Source of the DNA: an uncultured bacterium
GTDB taxonomy: Bacteria; Patescibacteriota; Minisyncoccia; UBA6257; GWB1-50-10
Length of the DNA: 64,000 nt
NCBI GenBank assembly: GCA_963722655.1
Contig: CAVRNT010000002.1
Span: 71,461 to 135,460 of the forward strand
Direction of reading: 5' to 3'
Shown: in pieces, positions 41,378-51,615 of the stretch
Numbering within the stretch: the stretch's first letter is position 1
How the letters are laid out: each line of letters opens with the position of its first letter
Position numbers and translations under genes: made by a program
The notes under the pieces: model-generated
The model's input: the letters and a program-made list of their open reading frames with translations, nothing else
Told to the model about the DNA's origin: nothing
Database searches by the model: none

Positions 41378-43900
41378 ATGAAAGACAAAATAATCATCAA
41401 GGGCGCCCGGGAACACAATTTGAAGAACATCAACCTGGAGATACCCCGGGACAAGATGGTCGTTTTCACTGGGCTTTCCGGCTCCGGGAAGTCATCCTTG
41501 ACTTTCGATACCATCTTCGCCGAGGGCCAGAGACGCTACATTGAGTCCCTCTCGGCCTACGCGCGGCAGTTTTTGGGGCGCCTGGACAAACCGGATGTGG
41601 ACGAGATCGAGGGCCTTTCGCCCGCCATCTCCATCGACCAAAAGCACCACAGCGCCAACCCGCGCTCAACGGTCGCGACCATCACCGAGATCTACGACTA
41701 CCTGCGCGTTCTTTTCGCGCGCGCCGGGAAGCCCTTTTGCCCCATCTGCGGCCGCGAAATCAAGAAGATGACGAACGACGAGATCGTGGACGTGGCGATC
41801 CAGATCTCGGATGAGAACAAGGAGCGGCGGAACCTCGTCGTCCTCGCCCCCGTCGTGCGGGGAAGGAAAGGGGAGTATTATCAGATGCTCTACGATTTCC
41901 TGAACGCGGGATTTTCCGAGGTGCGGATCGACGGGAAGTTCTTGAGCTTAAGGGAGCGGATCTACATTTCGCGTTACAAACAGCACACGATCGAGCTCGT
42001 CGTCGACCGCCTGCCGGCCGGGATCGATTTTTCGGAGAAGAATAATCGCGCCCGCCTCGCCGAGGCCATCGAAACCGGTTTGAAGTACGGTCACGACGTC
42101 GTGACGCTCATTACGGACAAAGAGACCTCCTTATCCGCCAAGTTCACCTGCCCAGCGGACGGCTTTTCCTTCCCGGAGATAGAACCCCGCCTCTTTTCTT
42201 TCAACAGCCCCTTCGGGGCCTGCGAGGCCTGCCACGGATTGGGGACGGAAGACATTTGGTCGGATAAGATCTGCCCGGTCTGTTTGGGGAAACGCCTGAA
42301 GCCGGAGGCCTTGAACGTGCTCATCGAGAACCGCAACGTCAGCGAAGTAGTGGATATGTCCATCAGCAACGCCTTCGAATTCTTCGAGAAACTAGAGAGC
42401 AAGATCTCCAAGAACAAGAGCTTGGCGGCCATCGCTGAGGTGCCGATGAGGGAGATAAAGAGCCGGCTGCAGTTCATGATGGACGTCGGCTTGGAATATC
42501 TCACCCTCGGCCGCAAGGCGGGGACACTCTCGGGCGGCGAGTCCCAGCGCATCCGCCTCGCCTCGCAGATCGGCTCGCGCCTCGTCGGGACCCTCTACAT
42601 ACTGGACGAGCCGACGATCGGTCTTCACCAAAGGGACAACGCCAAGCTCATCAAGACGCTCCTCGACCTGCGGGACCTCGGGAACACCATCTTGGTCGTG
42701 GAGCACGACGAAGAGACGATCCGGGCCGCCGACCACCTGGTGGACATCGGCCCGGGGGCGGGCGTCCACGGCGGGCACATCATCGCTCAAGGTCCGATGC
42801 CCCAGGTGATCAGCGACAATAATCAGGATTCGCTCACGCTGGAATATCTCCGTGGCAAACGCTTCATCGCCACGCCCAAGGAGCGGCGGAGCGTCTCCCG
42901 GCACCACGACTCGCTGCGGCTCACGAAGGTCAACGCGAACAATCTGAAGAACCTCGATCTGGAAATCCCGCTCCGGCGCTTCGTCGCCGTGACGGGCGTT
43001 TCCGGTTCGGGCAAGAGCACGCTCGTTTACGACGTCCTTTACAAGGCCCTGGCCAATACGTTCAACGGCACGCATTACAAGACGGGAACGTACGAGAACA
43101 TCTCCGGCTTGGAATACGTGAACCGGGTCATCAACATCGACCAGTCGCCGATCGGCCGGACGCCGCGTTCCAATCCCGCGACCTACGTCGGCGCCTGGAC
43201 TTTCATCCGAGACCTCTTCGCTTCAACGGACGACGCCCGCGTCCGCGGCTGGAAGCCAGGCCGCTTCAGTTTCAACGTCCGGGGAGGCCGGTGCGAGAAC
43301 TGCGAGGGTCATGGCGTGATCGCCATCGAGATGCACTTCCTCCCGACGGTTTACGTGGAATGCGAGGTCTGCCGCGGCAAGCGCTTCGACCGCGAGACCT
43401 TGGAGGTCAAATACCAAGGAAAGAACATTTATGAGGTCCTCAAGATGACGATCGAAGAGGCGACCAAATTCTTTGAGGACATTCCATGGCTCTACGATCG
43501 CCTCAAGATACTGAACGAGGTAGGCTTGGGCTACGTCGAGCTCGGCCAGTCGGCGACGACGCTCTCGGGGGGCGAGGCCCAGCGCATCAAGCTCGCCGCC
43601 GAGCTCGGCAAGCGCGATACGCGGCGGACCATCTACCTTTTGGACGAGCCGACAACCGGACTGCATTTCGCCGACGTTCAGAATCTCTTGGACGTCTTGA
43701 ACCGGCTGGTGGACCGCGGGAACACCGTGGTCGTTATCGAACACAACTTGGACGTCATTAAGACCGCTGACTGGGTCATCGATCTCGGGCCGGAGGGGGG
43801 AGAAAAGGGTGGCAAGGTCGTCGCGACCGGCACGCCAGAGGACATCGCGCACAAAGCGGGGAGCTTTACAGGCGCATATCTCAAAAAAGTATTAAAATGA
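41378..43900 (+). CDS. uvrA: Excinuclease ABC subunit A
   Basis: [20 protein letters not shown], two LSGGE signatures, LDEPT twice and zinc fingers. Confidence 0.99.
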   Translation: MKDKIIIKGAREHNLKNINLEIPRDKMVVFTGLSGSGKSSLTFDTIFAEGQRRYIESLSAYARQFLGRLDKPDVDEIEGLSPAISIDQKHHSANPRSTVATITEIYDYLRVLFARAGKPFCPICGREIKKMTNDEIVDVAIQISDENKERRNLVVLAPVVRGRKGEYYQMLYDFLNAGFSEVRIDGKFLSLRERIYISRYKQHTIELVVDRLPAGIDFSEKNNRARLAEAIETGLKYGHDVVTLITDKETSLSAKFTCPADGFSFPEIEPRLFSFNSPFGACEACHGLGTEDIWSDKICPVCLGKRLKPEALNVLIENRNVSEVVDMSISNAFEFFEKLESKISKNKSLAAIAEVPMREIKSRLQFMMDVGLEYLTLGRKAGTLSGGESQRIRLASQIGSRLVGTLYILDEPTIGLHQRDNAKLIKTLLDLRDLGNTILVVEHDEETIRAADHLVDIGPGAGVHGGHIIAQGPMPQVISDNNQDSLTLEYLRGKRFIATPKERRSVSRHHDSLRLTKVNANNLKNLDLEIPLRRFVAVTGVSGSGKSTLVYDVLYKALANTFNGTHYKTGTYENISGLEYVNRVINIDQSPIGRTPRSNPATYVGAWTFIRDLFASTDDARVRGWKPGRFSFNVRGGRCENCEGHGVIAIEMHFLPTVYVECEVCRGKRFDRETLEVKYQGKNIYEVLKMTIEEATKFFEDIPWLYDRLKILNEVGLGYVELGQSATTLSGGEAQRIKLAAELGKRDTRRTIYLLDEPTTGLHFADVQNLLDVLNRLVDRGNTVVVIEHNLDVIKTADWVIDLGPEGGEKGGKVVATGTPEDIAHKAGSFTGAYLKKVLK

Positions 43901-44760
43901 GACCGATGAAGCAAAAAACCATCGGTTTGGCCCTCGGGGGAGGGGGTGCGCGGGGCTTGGCTCACATCGGTATCATCAAGGCCCTCATCGAGGCCGGTTT
44001 CAAAATAAATTACATCGCCGGCACCTCGATGGGCGCGCTCGTGGGCGGCTTTTACGCCGCGACCGGCGACCTCTCCTTCATGGAAAACACCTTCCGTTCC
44101 GTGACCGAAAAGGATATGCTCTCGCTCCGGAAGATCACCAAGCACAAGGACGGATTACTCTTCAAACCGAAACATCCGATCAGCAAGATATTGGAAAACT
44201 ACGTCTCCGGCACGCCAATCGAGAGGTGCCACATACCTTTCAAGGCAATCGCGACGGACGCGAACACGGGGATGGAGGTGGTGCTCGATAAGGGCGATCT
44301 CGTGCGGGCGGTCGAGGCGAGCGTGGCCTTACCGGCCATCTTTCCGCCGGTCACAATTGACGGGCATCTACTGGTGGACGGCGGTCTCGTGAATCCAGTC
44401 CCGGCCGACATCGCGCGGCAGATGGGCGCCGATTACGTGATCGCCGTTGACGTCTCGAAGCACTGGCCGGACATCTCGAAGGACACCGTGAGCATCCGCG
44501 GCATCAAATCCATCATCACCGACGCCTTTTCGGCGATGGAGTTCCAGCTCTCCCGGGAGATCCTCAAGGAGGCCGACCTCGTGATGCGGCCCTTGATCGC
44601 CGGCCACACTTGGATGGATTTTGCCCACGCCGCCGAGCTCATCACCGCCGGCGAGAACGAGGCGACGCGGTACATCAGAGAGATCAGGAGAGCCACCGGT
44701 TATCCCGAACCGAAGCGCACCGGTTTCCAGAAGTTCCTAGACTTCATTTCCGAGGAATGA
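43897..44760 (+). CDS. Patatin-like phospholipase (RssA/NTE family)
   Basis: LGGGGARGLAHIG, GTSMG and LVDGG. Confidence 0.92.
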   Translation: MRPMKQKTIGLALGGGGARGLAHIGIIKALIEAGFKINYIAGTSMGALVGGFYAATGDLSFMENTFRSVTEKDMLSLRKITKHKDGLLFKPKHPISKILENYVSGTPIERCHIPFKAIATDANTGMEVVLDKGDLVRAVEASVALPAIFPPVTIDGHLLVDGGLVNPVPADIARQMGADYVIAVDVSKHWPDISKDTVSIRGIKSIITDAFSAMEFQLSREILKEADLVMRPLIAGHTWMDFAHAAELITAGENEATRYIREIRRATGYPEPKRTGFQKFLDFISEE

Positions 44761-45947
44761 ACTTGTACTCCAAACTTCCCGATACGCCGGGAGTTTACAT
44801 AATGAAGGACGCCGCGGGGCGCATTCTTTACGTCGGCAAGGCGGTAAATCTAAAACGCCGCGTCTCCAGTTATTTTTTGCGCCCGCACGACGCGCGCATC
44901 GAAGGCCTCGTGCGACGCATAAAGAAGATAGACCACAAAAATACCGACACCGCGATCGAGGCGCTCATATTGGAATCGGCTCTCATCAAGAGGTATCAGC
45001 CGCCCTTTAACGTCCGCGAGAAGGACGACAAGAGCTTCCTTTTCGTCGAGATCACGGACGAAAAGTTCCCGCGCGCCCTTTTGGCGCGCGGCAAGGACAA
45101 GCCGAACGGCCGGCGTTATGGGCCGTTCACATCCGCCTCAAGCGTCAGAGAGGCCTTGCGTCTCATTCGACGCATTTTTCCTTACCCGACCCATCCGACA
45201 CCGGCGAAACTTCTTGCAAGGCCTTGTTTCGACTACCAGATCGGCCTTTGCCCCGGCACATGCATCGGCGCCATAAGTCGCCGGGATTACATGAGAAATA
45301 TCCGAAACATCGAGCTGCTCTTTGATGGCAAAAAGGGGAAGATCGTGAAGAACTTGGAGAAGGCGATGCGCGAGGCGAGCGCCAAAACGAATTTCGAGAA
45401 GGCCGAGAAGTACAAACGCCAGCTCTTCGCCCTGCGCCACATTCAGGACGTCGCGCTGATTAAGGACGATCAGATAGAGACAAGGAATAAGAGACAAGAG
45501 ACAAGGATCGAAGGCTACGATATTTCCAACATTTCCGGGACTTCAGCCGTCGGTTCAATGGTCGTTTTTACGGACAACGAGCCGGACAAGACCGAATACC
45601 GCAAATTCAAGATCAGGACCGTCTCCGGCTCGGACGATCTTGCGATGCTCCGCGAGGTGATCGAGAGGCGTTTGAAAAATGATTGGCCCTTGCCGAACCT
45701 TTTTCTCATTGACGGCGGCCGGGGGCAGGTGAGCGCCGTAAAAACCATCGTCTCAAAAAGCGGCCGGCCAATACCCGTCATCGGCATCGCCAAGGGGCCG
45801 GAACGTAAGCGGAACGACATTATCGGGAAGATACCGGCCTTCACGGACAAAAAAACGCTCATCCGGGTGAGGGATGAGGCGCATCGCTTCGCCATCGCTT
45901 ATCACAGAAAACTCAGAAAGAATAATTTCATTCCGCAGGGTCACTAA
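44757..45947 (+). CDS. uvrC: Excinuclease ABC subunit C (short form without C-terminal HhH domains)
   Basis: GIY-YIG PGVY..ILYVGKA, IEGYDISN, LIDGGRGQ and RDEAHRFAI. The ATG at 44757 overlaps the upstream stop. Confidence 0.95.
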   Translation: MNLYSKLPDTPGVYIMKDAAGRILYVGKAVNLKRRVSSYFLRPHDARIEGLVRRIKKIDHKNTDTAIEALILESALIKRYQPPFNVREKDDKSFLFVEITDEKFPRALLARGKDKPNGRRYGPFTSASSVREALRLIRRIFPYPTHPTPAKLLARPCFDYQIGLCPGTCIGAISRRDYMRNIRNIELLFDGKKGKIVKNLEKAMREASAKTNFEKAEKYKRQLFALRHIQDVALIKDDQIETRNKRQETRIEGYDISNISGTSAVGSMVVFTDNEPDKTEYRKFKIRTVSGSDDLAMLREVIERRLKNDWPLPNLFLIDGGRGQVSAVKTIVSKSGRPIPVIGIAKGPERKRNDIIGKIPAFTDKKTLIRVRDEAHRFAIAYHRKLRKNNFIPQGH

Positions 45948-46013
45948 GCCGAAAAAGTGTGCGCTCCGGGCCGCTAGGCCAAGTCTTACCCACTTTTTCA
46001 GCTTACTGCCCTT

Positions 46014-46418
46014 TTATCTATTCTCTTTCGTCTCCAGTGAAGTGGCGTCGGGCTCTTCAGGTTTTAGATAGGTCTCGTTCAAAAAATTGTCCGCTTCCAC
46101 CTTGAAGGCGGTCTCTTTTTCAGGATCGCCGAAGATGCGCGTGTTGAAATCCATGTCGTCTTTGATGTACTTCGCCACTTCTTTGGCCGACTCCTCGCTT
46201 TCCATGGCCTTCACCGTATCCAGCGTTTGCTTCGTCATCGCGACAAAGGCATTGGTGATCAGTCCCATCTCTTTGTTTTTTATCCAATTCCGCACGTCTT
46301 CCCGGCCCTTGAAAGCATCGAAAAGCTTGCCGGAGATCATATCCGGCGTTAGGAGTTTCTTTTCTTCCTCCGCCTTGCTCTCCGGCTTCTTAGGGAAGTT
46401 CATCTTTTCCATAGACAT
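46014..46418 (-). CDS. Hypothetical charged protein
   Basis: Clean ORF rich in E/K. Confidence 0.65.
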   Translation of the reverse strand: MSMEKMNFPKKPESKAEEEKKLLTPDMISGKLFDAFKGREDVRNWIKNKEMGLITNAFVAMTKQTLDTVKAMESEESAKEVAKYIKDDMDFNTRIFGDPEKETAFKVEADNFLNETYLKPEEPDATSLETKENR

Positions 46419-46489
46419 AAAATCTTCGATATTTTACGCCTAAACGGCAGAAAAATCAAGCTGATCGTCCATCGGGGCCAACGGTCGCC

Positions 46490-47581
46490 TCAAAGCACTG
46501 GCTGGTACTTCTTCTCCCTGAAAAGGTAACCTTCCAGGGAATACCGATCGTAACCGTAGAAGATATAGGCGATGGGGATGCCGATGAGGATGAGGTGCGG
46601 CCAGACGATCTCTCCGAAAAAGAGCAAAGAGAGGGTGAGCCAGAAAAGGAAAAAGAGCGAAGTGAAACGGATCTCTATTCCCAGTATGAAGAAGAGGCCG
46701 ATGAGGAGCTCGACGATCGCCGCGCCGAGAACGAGGAAATGCGGCTCAAAGCCTAGGAGTTTGTCGAGGTGGTACTGTTCAACGGTGAAGAGCGCCAAAT
46801 TATTATGGATTATCTTGGCGTACGCGGAGGCGTAGATGAGGGCGATGCCGAAGAGAACCCGCAGGATGGCGAAACTCCGCGGTTTCAGATATTCCCCGAC
46901 TTTGGAAAGCAACGTCGTGCCGGCCGGTCCTGCATTTACCGCTCTTTCGCGCCGACGAGCGATATACGTGTCAAAACTCAAACCGTGAGCACCGAGAATG
47001 AGAAGAACGATGATCTCGCCGAGATAGTTCACGTACGTGAGCATATAGATACCGTGGAACCAAATAGTAAAACCGAAAATCACAAGGGCGACAAAAGCGG
47101 CGGGCCGGACCCATAAGCCGATGATGGCCAAAACACCAAGGATCGCGAAAATACTGGTCAAAATTCCCGAGAACGGCCCAAAGGTCGAGAAAAGCGGCAA
47201 CTCCGGTCCGAACGTTGCCTGATAGTAAGCGCAGGCGAGGAAAGAAACACCGATGGTCAATCGCGCAATGAAGGGCGCGTATTTCTTCATCTTTACAAAG
47301 ACCGGATCAAGCCAGCGCTCGATAAAACGCAGAGTTGAGATCAAGAAAACGCAGAGAACGGTGAGGACGGCAATAAAAGCCCAGAGAACGAATTGATGCA
47401 AGTTCTGGACGACAACGTTCCACATATTGAACGAGGGTATGCTTACGGCCTCGTCGATCGAAGAGGATGAGAGAACATAGACCTCGTGGGCCGAGGCCAG
47501 GCCGGGCAAGGCCGCAAGGGACAAGAAAAAAGAGGCCAAACCGAACCTCGCCAATCTTCTCCAAATTGGCGCGAGGAGCAT
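46490..47581 (-). CDS. DoxX-like multi-pass membrane protein
   Basis: Signal peptide ending ASA-HEVYV, then two DoxX-like halves (ARLTIGV..; ILRVLFG...ELLIGLFFILGIEIR). Confidence 0.75.
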   Translation of the reverse strand: MLLAPIWRRLARFGLASFFLSLAALPGLASAHEVYVLSSSSIDEAVSIPSFNMWNVVVQNLHQFVLWAFIAVLTVLCVFLISTLRFIERWLDPVFVKMKKYAPFIARLTIGVSFLACAYYQATFGPELPLFSTFGPFSGILTSIFAILGVLAIIGLWVRPAAFVALVIFGFTIWFHGIYMLTYVNYLGEIIVLLILGAHGLSFDTYIARRRERAVNAGPAGTTLLSKVGEYLKPRSFAILRVLFGIALIYASAYAKIIHNNLALFTVEQYHLDKLLGFEPHFLVLGAAIVELLIGLFFILGIEIRFTSLFFLFWLTLSLLFFGEIVWPHLILIGIPIAYIFYGYDRYSLEGYLFREKKYQPVL

Positions 47582-47648
47582 ATTGCCTTGATTGTACCAT
47601 AATCTGGTATAATCGGGTCAGTACAAGCACCACAACCAACTGAAGGGA

Positions 47649-47954
47649 ATGGCCATGACCACGATCAGTGTGGCGCGCGAAAAGATCGACAGGGTCTTGG
47701 GAACCGGAGCGGCGAAGAACCCTCCGAAGAAATTGGCGGATAGTATCGGTTCCGCCATCGCTAGAAAGCTCTATACCGGCGATTTTGCAGCGATCGACCT
47801 TAGCAGTATTAAAGTGGAAAAGAGCTGGGATGGCCGCATCATAGAGATACAGTTCACTAAGAGCGATGATAAATGCGGCGATGCTTCCGTCGCATCGGCA
47901 GTTAAGAAGGTTCAAGACCTATTTGAAAATCCCGAAGCGCACCACGATATCTAA
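47649..47954 (+). CDS. Hypothetical protein
   Basis: TATAAT and AAGGGA upstream; hairpin terminator downstream. Confidence 0.6.
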   Translation: MAMTTISVAREKIDRVLGTGAAKNPPKKLADSIGSAIARKLYTGDFAAIDLSSIKVEKSWDGRIIEIQFTKSDDKCGDASVASAVKKVQDLFENPEAHHDI

Positions 47955-48050
47955 GGGGCCCGTTCTGCAGCGGGCCCGAATTTTTTGACTAACGTGAGTT
48001 TTTCTGGTTTAATGAAATTCAACGGAAATCCGCAGAGGATTCGTTTTTTT

Positions 48051-49871
48051 ATGGAAAAGAAAGACATTAGGAACATCGCAATAATAGCGCACGTCGATCA
48101 CGGAAAGACCACGCTCGTCGACGCGCTTTTGAAGCAATCGGACGGCTTCCGGATGAAGAGCGACGCGCCCCAGGAGCTCATCATGGACTCGAACGAGCTG
48201 GAACGGGAGCGGGGGATTACCATCTTCTCCAAGAACGCAGCGGTGCACTACCAAGGCATCAAGATCAACATCGTGGATACGCCCGGCCACGCCGATTTCG
48301 GCGGCGAAGTGGAACGAATAATGCGGATGGTGGACGGCGTCCTCCTCCTCGTGGACGCGAAGGAAGGCCCGATGCCTCAGACGAAGTTCGTCCTGCGGAA
48401 AGCCATCGAGGCCGGCCACAAGGTCATTGTGGTCATCAATAAGATCGACAAGCCCGACGCCCGGCCAGGCTGGGTCTTGAGCGCCACTTACGACCTCTTC
48501 ATCGAGCTCGGGGCGACGGACGAGCAGATCGAGTTCCCGGTCATCTACGCCTCGGCCGTCCAGGGCAAAGCGGGCCTCAAACCCGAACTCGCCTGGATGA
48601 ATGACGTGCGGCCCATCTTCGAGATGATTATCTCCTACGTCCCGGCCCCGGCCGCGGACGACTTGAAGCCGCTCCAAATGCTCACCGTCTCCCTCATCTA
48701 CGACAACTACAAGGGTAAGGTGGCCGTCGGCCGGATCTACGCCGGCAAGGTGAAGAAGGGGATGACGGTCGTCCACATCGACCGGAAAGGCAACGCTCAA
48801 AAGGCGCAGCTTTCGGCCGTGATGCTCTTCGACGGCTTGAGCCGTGTGGACGTCGAGGAAGCCGCCTCCGGCGACATCGCTGCCATTGCCGGTATCTCCG
48901 ATATTTCTATAGGCGAAACGATCGCCGACGCCGAGAACCCGGTCGCTTTGCCCATCATCCACATCGACGAACCGACCATCAAGATGACCTTCGGCGTGAA
49001 CACCTCGCCCTTCGCCGGCAAAGAAGGGGAGTACACCACTTCCCGGAACATCAAGGAACGCCTGGAACACGAGCTCGAGACGGACGTGGCGCTTTCCGTC
49101 ACCCCGACCGAGTCCTTCGACCGCTGGACCGTCGCCGGACGCGGTGAGCTCCACCTCGCCATCCTCATCGAGAAGATGCGGCGCGAGGGCTTCGAACTGG
49201 AGGTCTCGAAACCGCAGGTTATTTTCCACGAAAAGGACGGCCGGCGACTCGAGCCGATGGAGCTCGTTTCGATCGAGGTGCAGGAGACCTATGCCGGCGT
49301 CGTCATCGAGATGCTCGGCAAGCGCCTGGGCGTGATGAAGGACATGCGGGTGGACGGCACCACAAATCACTTGGACTTCGCCGTCCCGACCCGGGGACTC
49401 ATCGGCATCCGGAACGAATTTTTGACCGCGACCAAAGGCACGGGAATAATGAACTCCATCTTTTTGGGCTATGAGGAATACAAGGGCGACCTCCGGGACG
49501 ATCCGCACGGCTCGATCGTCACGACGGAAACGGGGCTGACGAACAACTACGGCCTGGTCTCCGCCCAGGGGCGGGGCAAGCTCTTCGCCTCGGCCGGCGT
49601 TCCGGTCTATGAAGGGATGGTCATCGGGGTGAACGCCAAAGCCGGGGATATGCCGGTGAACGCCTGCCGGGCGCGGGAACTCACCAACTTCCGGGCCAAG
49701 AACGAGGGATTGAGCGACCAGCTCGAGGTGCCGCTCACGCTCACCCTGGAGGACGCCTTGAACTACATCGGCGACGACGAGCTCGTCGAGGTGACGCCCA
49801 AAAGCGTCCGCATCCGCAAAAAGCTCCTCACCGACAATGAAAGGCGAAGGGCGCGGCGTGCGGGCGAATGA
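48051..49871 (+). CDS. typA: Translational GTPase TypA/BipA
   Basis: [45 protein letters not shown] and [16 protein letters not shown]. Confidence 0.98.
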   Translation: MEKKDIRNIAIIAHVDHGKTTLVDALLKQSDGFRMKSDAPQELIMDSNELERERGITIFSKNAAVHYQGIKINIVDTPGHADFGGEVERIMRMVDGVLLLVDAKEGPMPQTKFVLRKAIEAGHKVIVVINKIDKPDARPGWVLSATYDLFIELGATDEQIEFPVIYASAVQGKAGLKPELAWMNDVRPIFEMIISYVPAPAADDLKPLQMLTVSLIYDNYKGKVAVGRIYAGKVKKGMTVVHIDRKGNAQKAQLSAVMLFDGLSRVDVEEAASGDIAAIAGISDISIGETIADAENPVALPIIHIDEPTIKMTFGVNTSPFAGKEGEYTTSRNIKERLEHELETDVALSVTPTESFDRWTVAGRGELHLAILIEKMRREGFELEVSKPQVIFHEKDGRRLEPMELVSIEVQETYAGVVIEMLGKRLGVMKDMRVDGTTNHLDFAVPTRGLIGIRNEFLTATKGTGIMNSIFLGYEEYKGDLRDDPHGSIVTTETGLTNNYGLVSAQGRGKLFASAGVPVYEGMVIGVNAKAGDMPVNACRARELTNFRAKNEGLSDQLEVPLTLTLEDALNYIGDDELVEVTPKSVRIRKKLLTDNERRRARRAGE

Positions 49872-49920
49872 CGAATCAGGTATAATAGAGGAAAGGTCGT
49901 CTATTTAAATCAAAACTGAT

Positions 49921-50250
49921 ATGGATATGAAGAACGAAGGCCACCCGGAGGGCTGCAAGTGCATGCTCTGCCAGGGCGGCAAGTGCGAGATGTGCGGGAT
50001 GAAGCATGGCTGCGGCATGGGTTGCGGCTACGGATATGGCTGTGGTTTCGGTCACCACCGGCATGTGTTGATCAGGATCATCATCGCCATCGTGATCGCC
50101 TCAGCGATCTTCTGGATCGGCACCCGCATCGGCGCCGTCATGGGCGGCTTCGGTTACGGACCGGGCTACCGGATGATGTATCGCGGCGGCTATTACCCGA
50201 TGATGGGCTACTGGCAAAACGCGACGGGCACTCCGTCGACGGCTAAATAG
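49921..50250 (+). CDS. Small Cys/His-rich single-TM protein
   Basis: Eight Cys in the N-terminal 42 aa, HHRH, a TM helix and a Gly/Tyr/Met-rich tail. TATAAT upstream and a terminator downstream. Confidence 0.75.
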   Translation: MDMKNEGHPEGCKCMLCQGGKCEMCGMKHGCGMGCGYGYGCGFGHHRHVLIRIIIAIVIASAIFWIGTRIGAVMGGFGYGPGYRMMYRGGYYPMMGYWQNATGTPSTAK

Positions 50251-50265
50251 CAAGAACACAAACCA

Positions 50266-50294
50266 GAAAAACGCCCTTTTGAAGGGCGTTTTTC
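50266..50294. terminator. Rho-independent terminator
   Basis: GAAAAACGCCCTT-TTG-AAGGGCGTTTTTC. Confidence 0.85.
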
Positions 50295-50323
50295 GCACCA
50301 AAGGGAGTGCTCCCGGCGTATTA
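50294..50323 (+). promoter_or_regulatory. Putative ECF-sigma promoter motif (copy 2)
   Basis: CGCACC-N17-CGTATTA upstream of the FMN-binding gene. Confidence 0.55.
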
Positions 50324-50353
50324 AGGGAGACTAAGCCGACTTCTGGCTTTAAT

Positions 50354-50866
50354 ATGAAGAAGTTATTTTTCTCATTGTCACTCATAGCGGCCTTTTTTGT
50401 TTACCTCATCCTCAAACGCTCCGGGGGGACGGTGGCCATCGCGCCGGCGACTCCGGTGAACACGGCTGGCACCGGACCGAAGAAGCCGACGCCTTCGGCG
50501 CCGGTCGCCCAAACGACGCCGACCCCGTCGCAAACGCCCACGACCCCGACCGCTCCGGCGCCGCAACCGAAACCGAATGGACTTTACAACGATGGGACCT
50601 ACGTGGGCAGCGTCGCCGACGCCTATTATGGCAATGTTCAAGTGAAAGCGATCATCCAAAACGGCAAGATCGCCGACGTCCAGTTCCTCCAATATCCCAA
50701 CGACCGGGGCACTTCGATCGAGATCAACTCCCAAGCGATGCCATACTTGAAGCAGGAAGCGATCCAAGCCCAGAACGCCCAAGTCGACGTCATCTCCGGC
50801 GCCACTCAGACGAGCGCGGCCTTCGTCCAGTCCTTGAGCGATGCCCTCGCTCAAGCCAAAGCCTGA
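50354..50866 (+). CDS. Membrane-anchored FMN-binding (flavinylated) protein
   Basis: TM helix, Pro/Thr linker, YNDGTYVG..YYGNVQV and the flavinylation motif VDVISGAT. Confidence 0.92.
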   Translation: MKKLFFSLSLIAAFFVYLILKRSGGTVAIAPATPVNTAGTGPKKPTPSAPVAQTTPTPSQTPTTPTAPAPQPKPNGLYNDGTYVGSVADAYYGNVQVKAIIQNGKIADVQFLQYPNDRGTSIEINSQAMPYLKQEAIQAQNAQVDVISGATQTSAAFVQSLSDALAQAKA

Positions 50867-50868
50867 AC

Positions 50869-51615
50869 ATGAGAGAGACCAGAACGATAATGGGAATGCC
50901 GATCACGGTGGAAATCGTCGACCCTAAGGCCTCGGAAGGTATCTTCGACGAGGTCTTTTCTTATTTCGAATACGTGGACGAAAAGTTCAGCCCATACAAA
51001 GAGGGAAGCGAACTTTCCCTCCTGAACTCCGGCGCGATCGCCGAGGACGATCGGAGCGAGGACATGCGCCTGGTCCTTGAGCTCGCCGAAGAGACCAAAC
51101 GGGAGACCGGCGGCTATTTCGACGTTCGGAACCGCGAAGGTCTCATTGACCCTTCCGGCCTCGTAAAGGGATGGGCGATCCGGAACGCCGCCCGCATCAT
51201 CGCCGAGCGGGGCTATGAGAACTTCTTCGTCGACGCCGGCGGCGACGTCACCGTGCGGGGTAAAAGCGGGCAAGGGCAAGCTTGGACCATTGGCATTCGG
51301 AACCCGTTCGCCCGGGACGGCATCGTCAAGGTCGTGCGGCTCGAAAATAGAGGCGGGATCGCGACCTCCGGCACCTACGTCCGCGGCCAGCATATCTGGA
51401 ACCCCAAAGACAAAAGCCGGCTGCTCACCGACCTTGCGAGCGTCACCGTCATCGGACCGGACGTCTACGACGCCGACCGTTTCGCTACGGCCGCCTTCGC
51501 CATGGGCCGGGAGGGGGCAAACCTTATTGAGCGGCTACCCGGACTCGAGGGATATTTCATCGACAAGGATGGCATGGCGACGATGACAAGCGGTTTTGAA
51601 AAATATGTGGCGTAA
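50869..51615 (+). CDS. apbE: FAD:protein FMN transferase
   Basis: IMGMPITV, DPSGLVKGWA, DAGGD, IATSGTY and ADRFATA. Confidence 0.93.
   Translation: MRETRTIMGMPITVEIVDPKASEGIFDEVFSYFEYVDEKFSPYKEGSELSLLNSGAIAEDDRSEDMRLVLELAEETKRETGGYFDVRNREGLIDPSGLVKGWAIRNAARIIAERGYENFFVDAGGDVTVRGKSGQGQAWTIGIRNPFARDGIVKVVRLENRGGIATSGTYVRGQHIWNPKDKSRLLTDLASVTVIGPDVYDADRFATAAFAMGREGANLIERLPGLEGYFIDKDGMATMTSGFEKYVA

Noticed and set aside
50294-50352. yybP-ykoY or FMN riboswitch before the FMN-binding gene
   Set aside because: Only AAAGGGAGT resembles the Mn riboswitch start and the region is too short. The repeated promoter motif explains it better.
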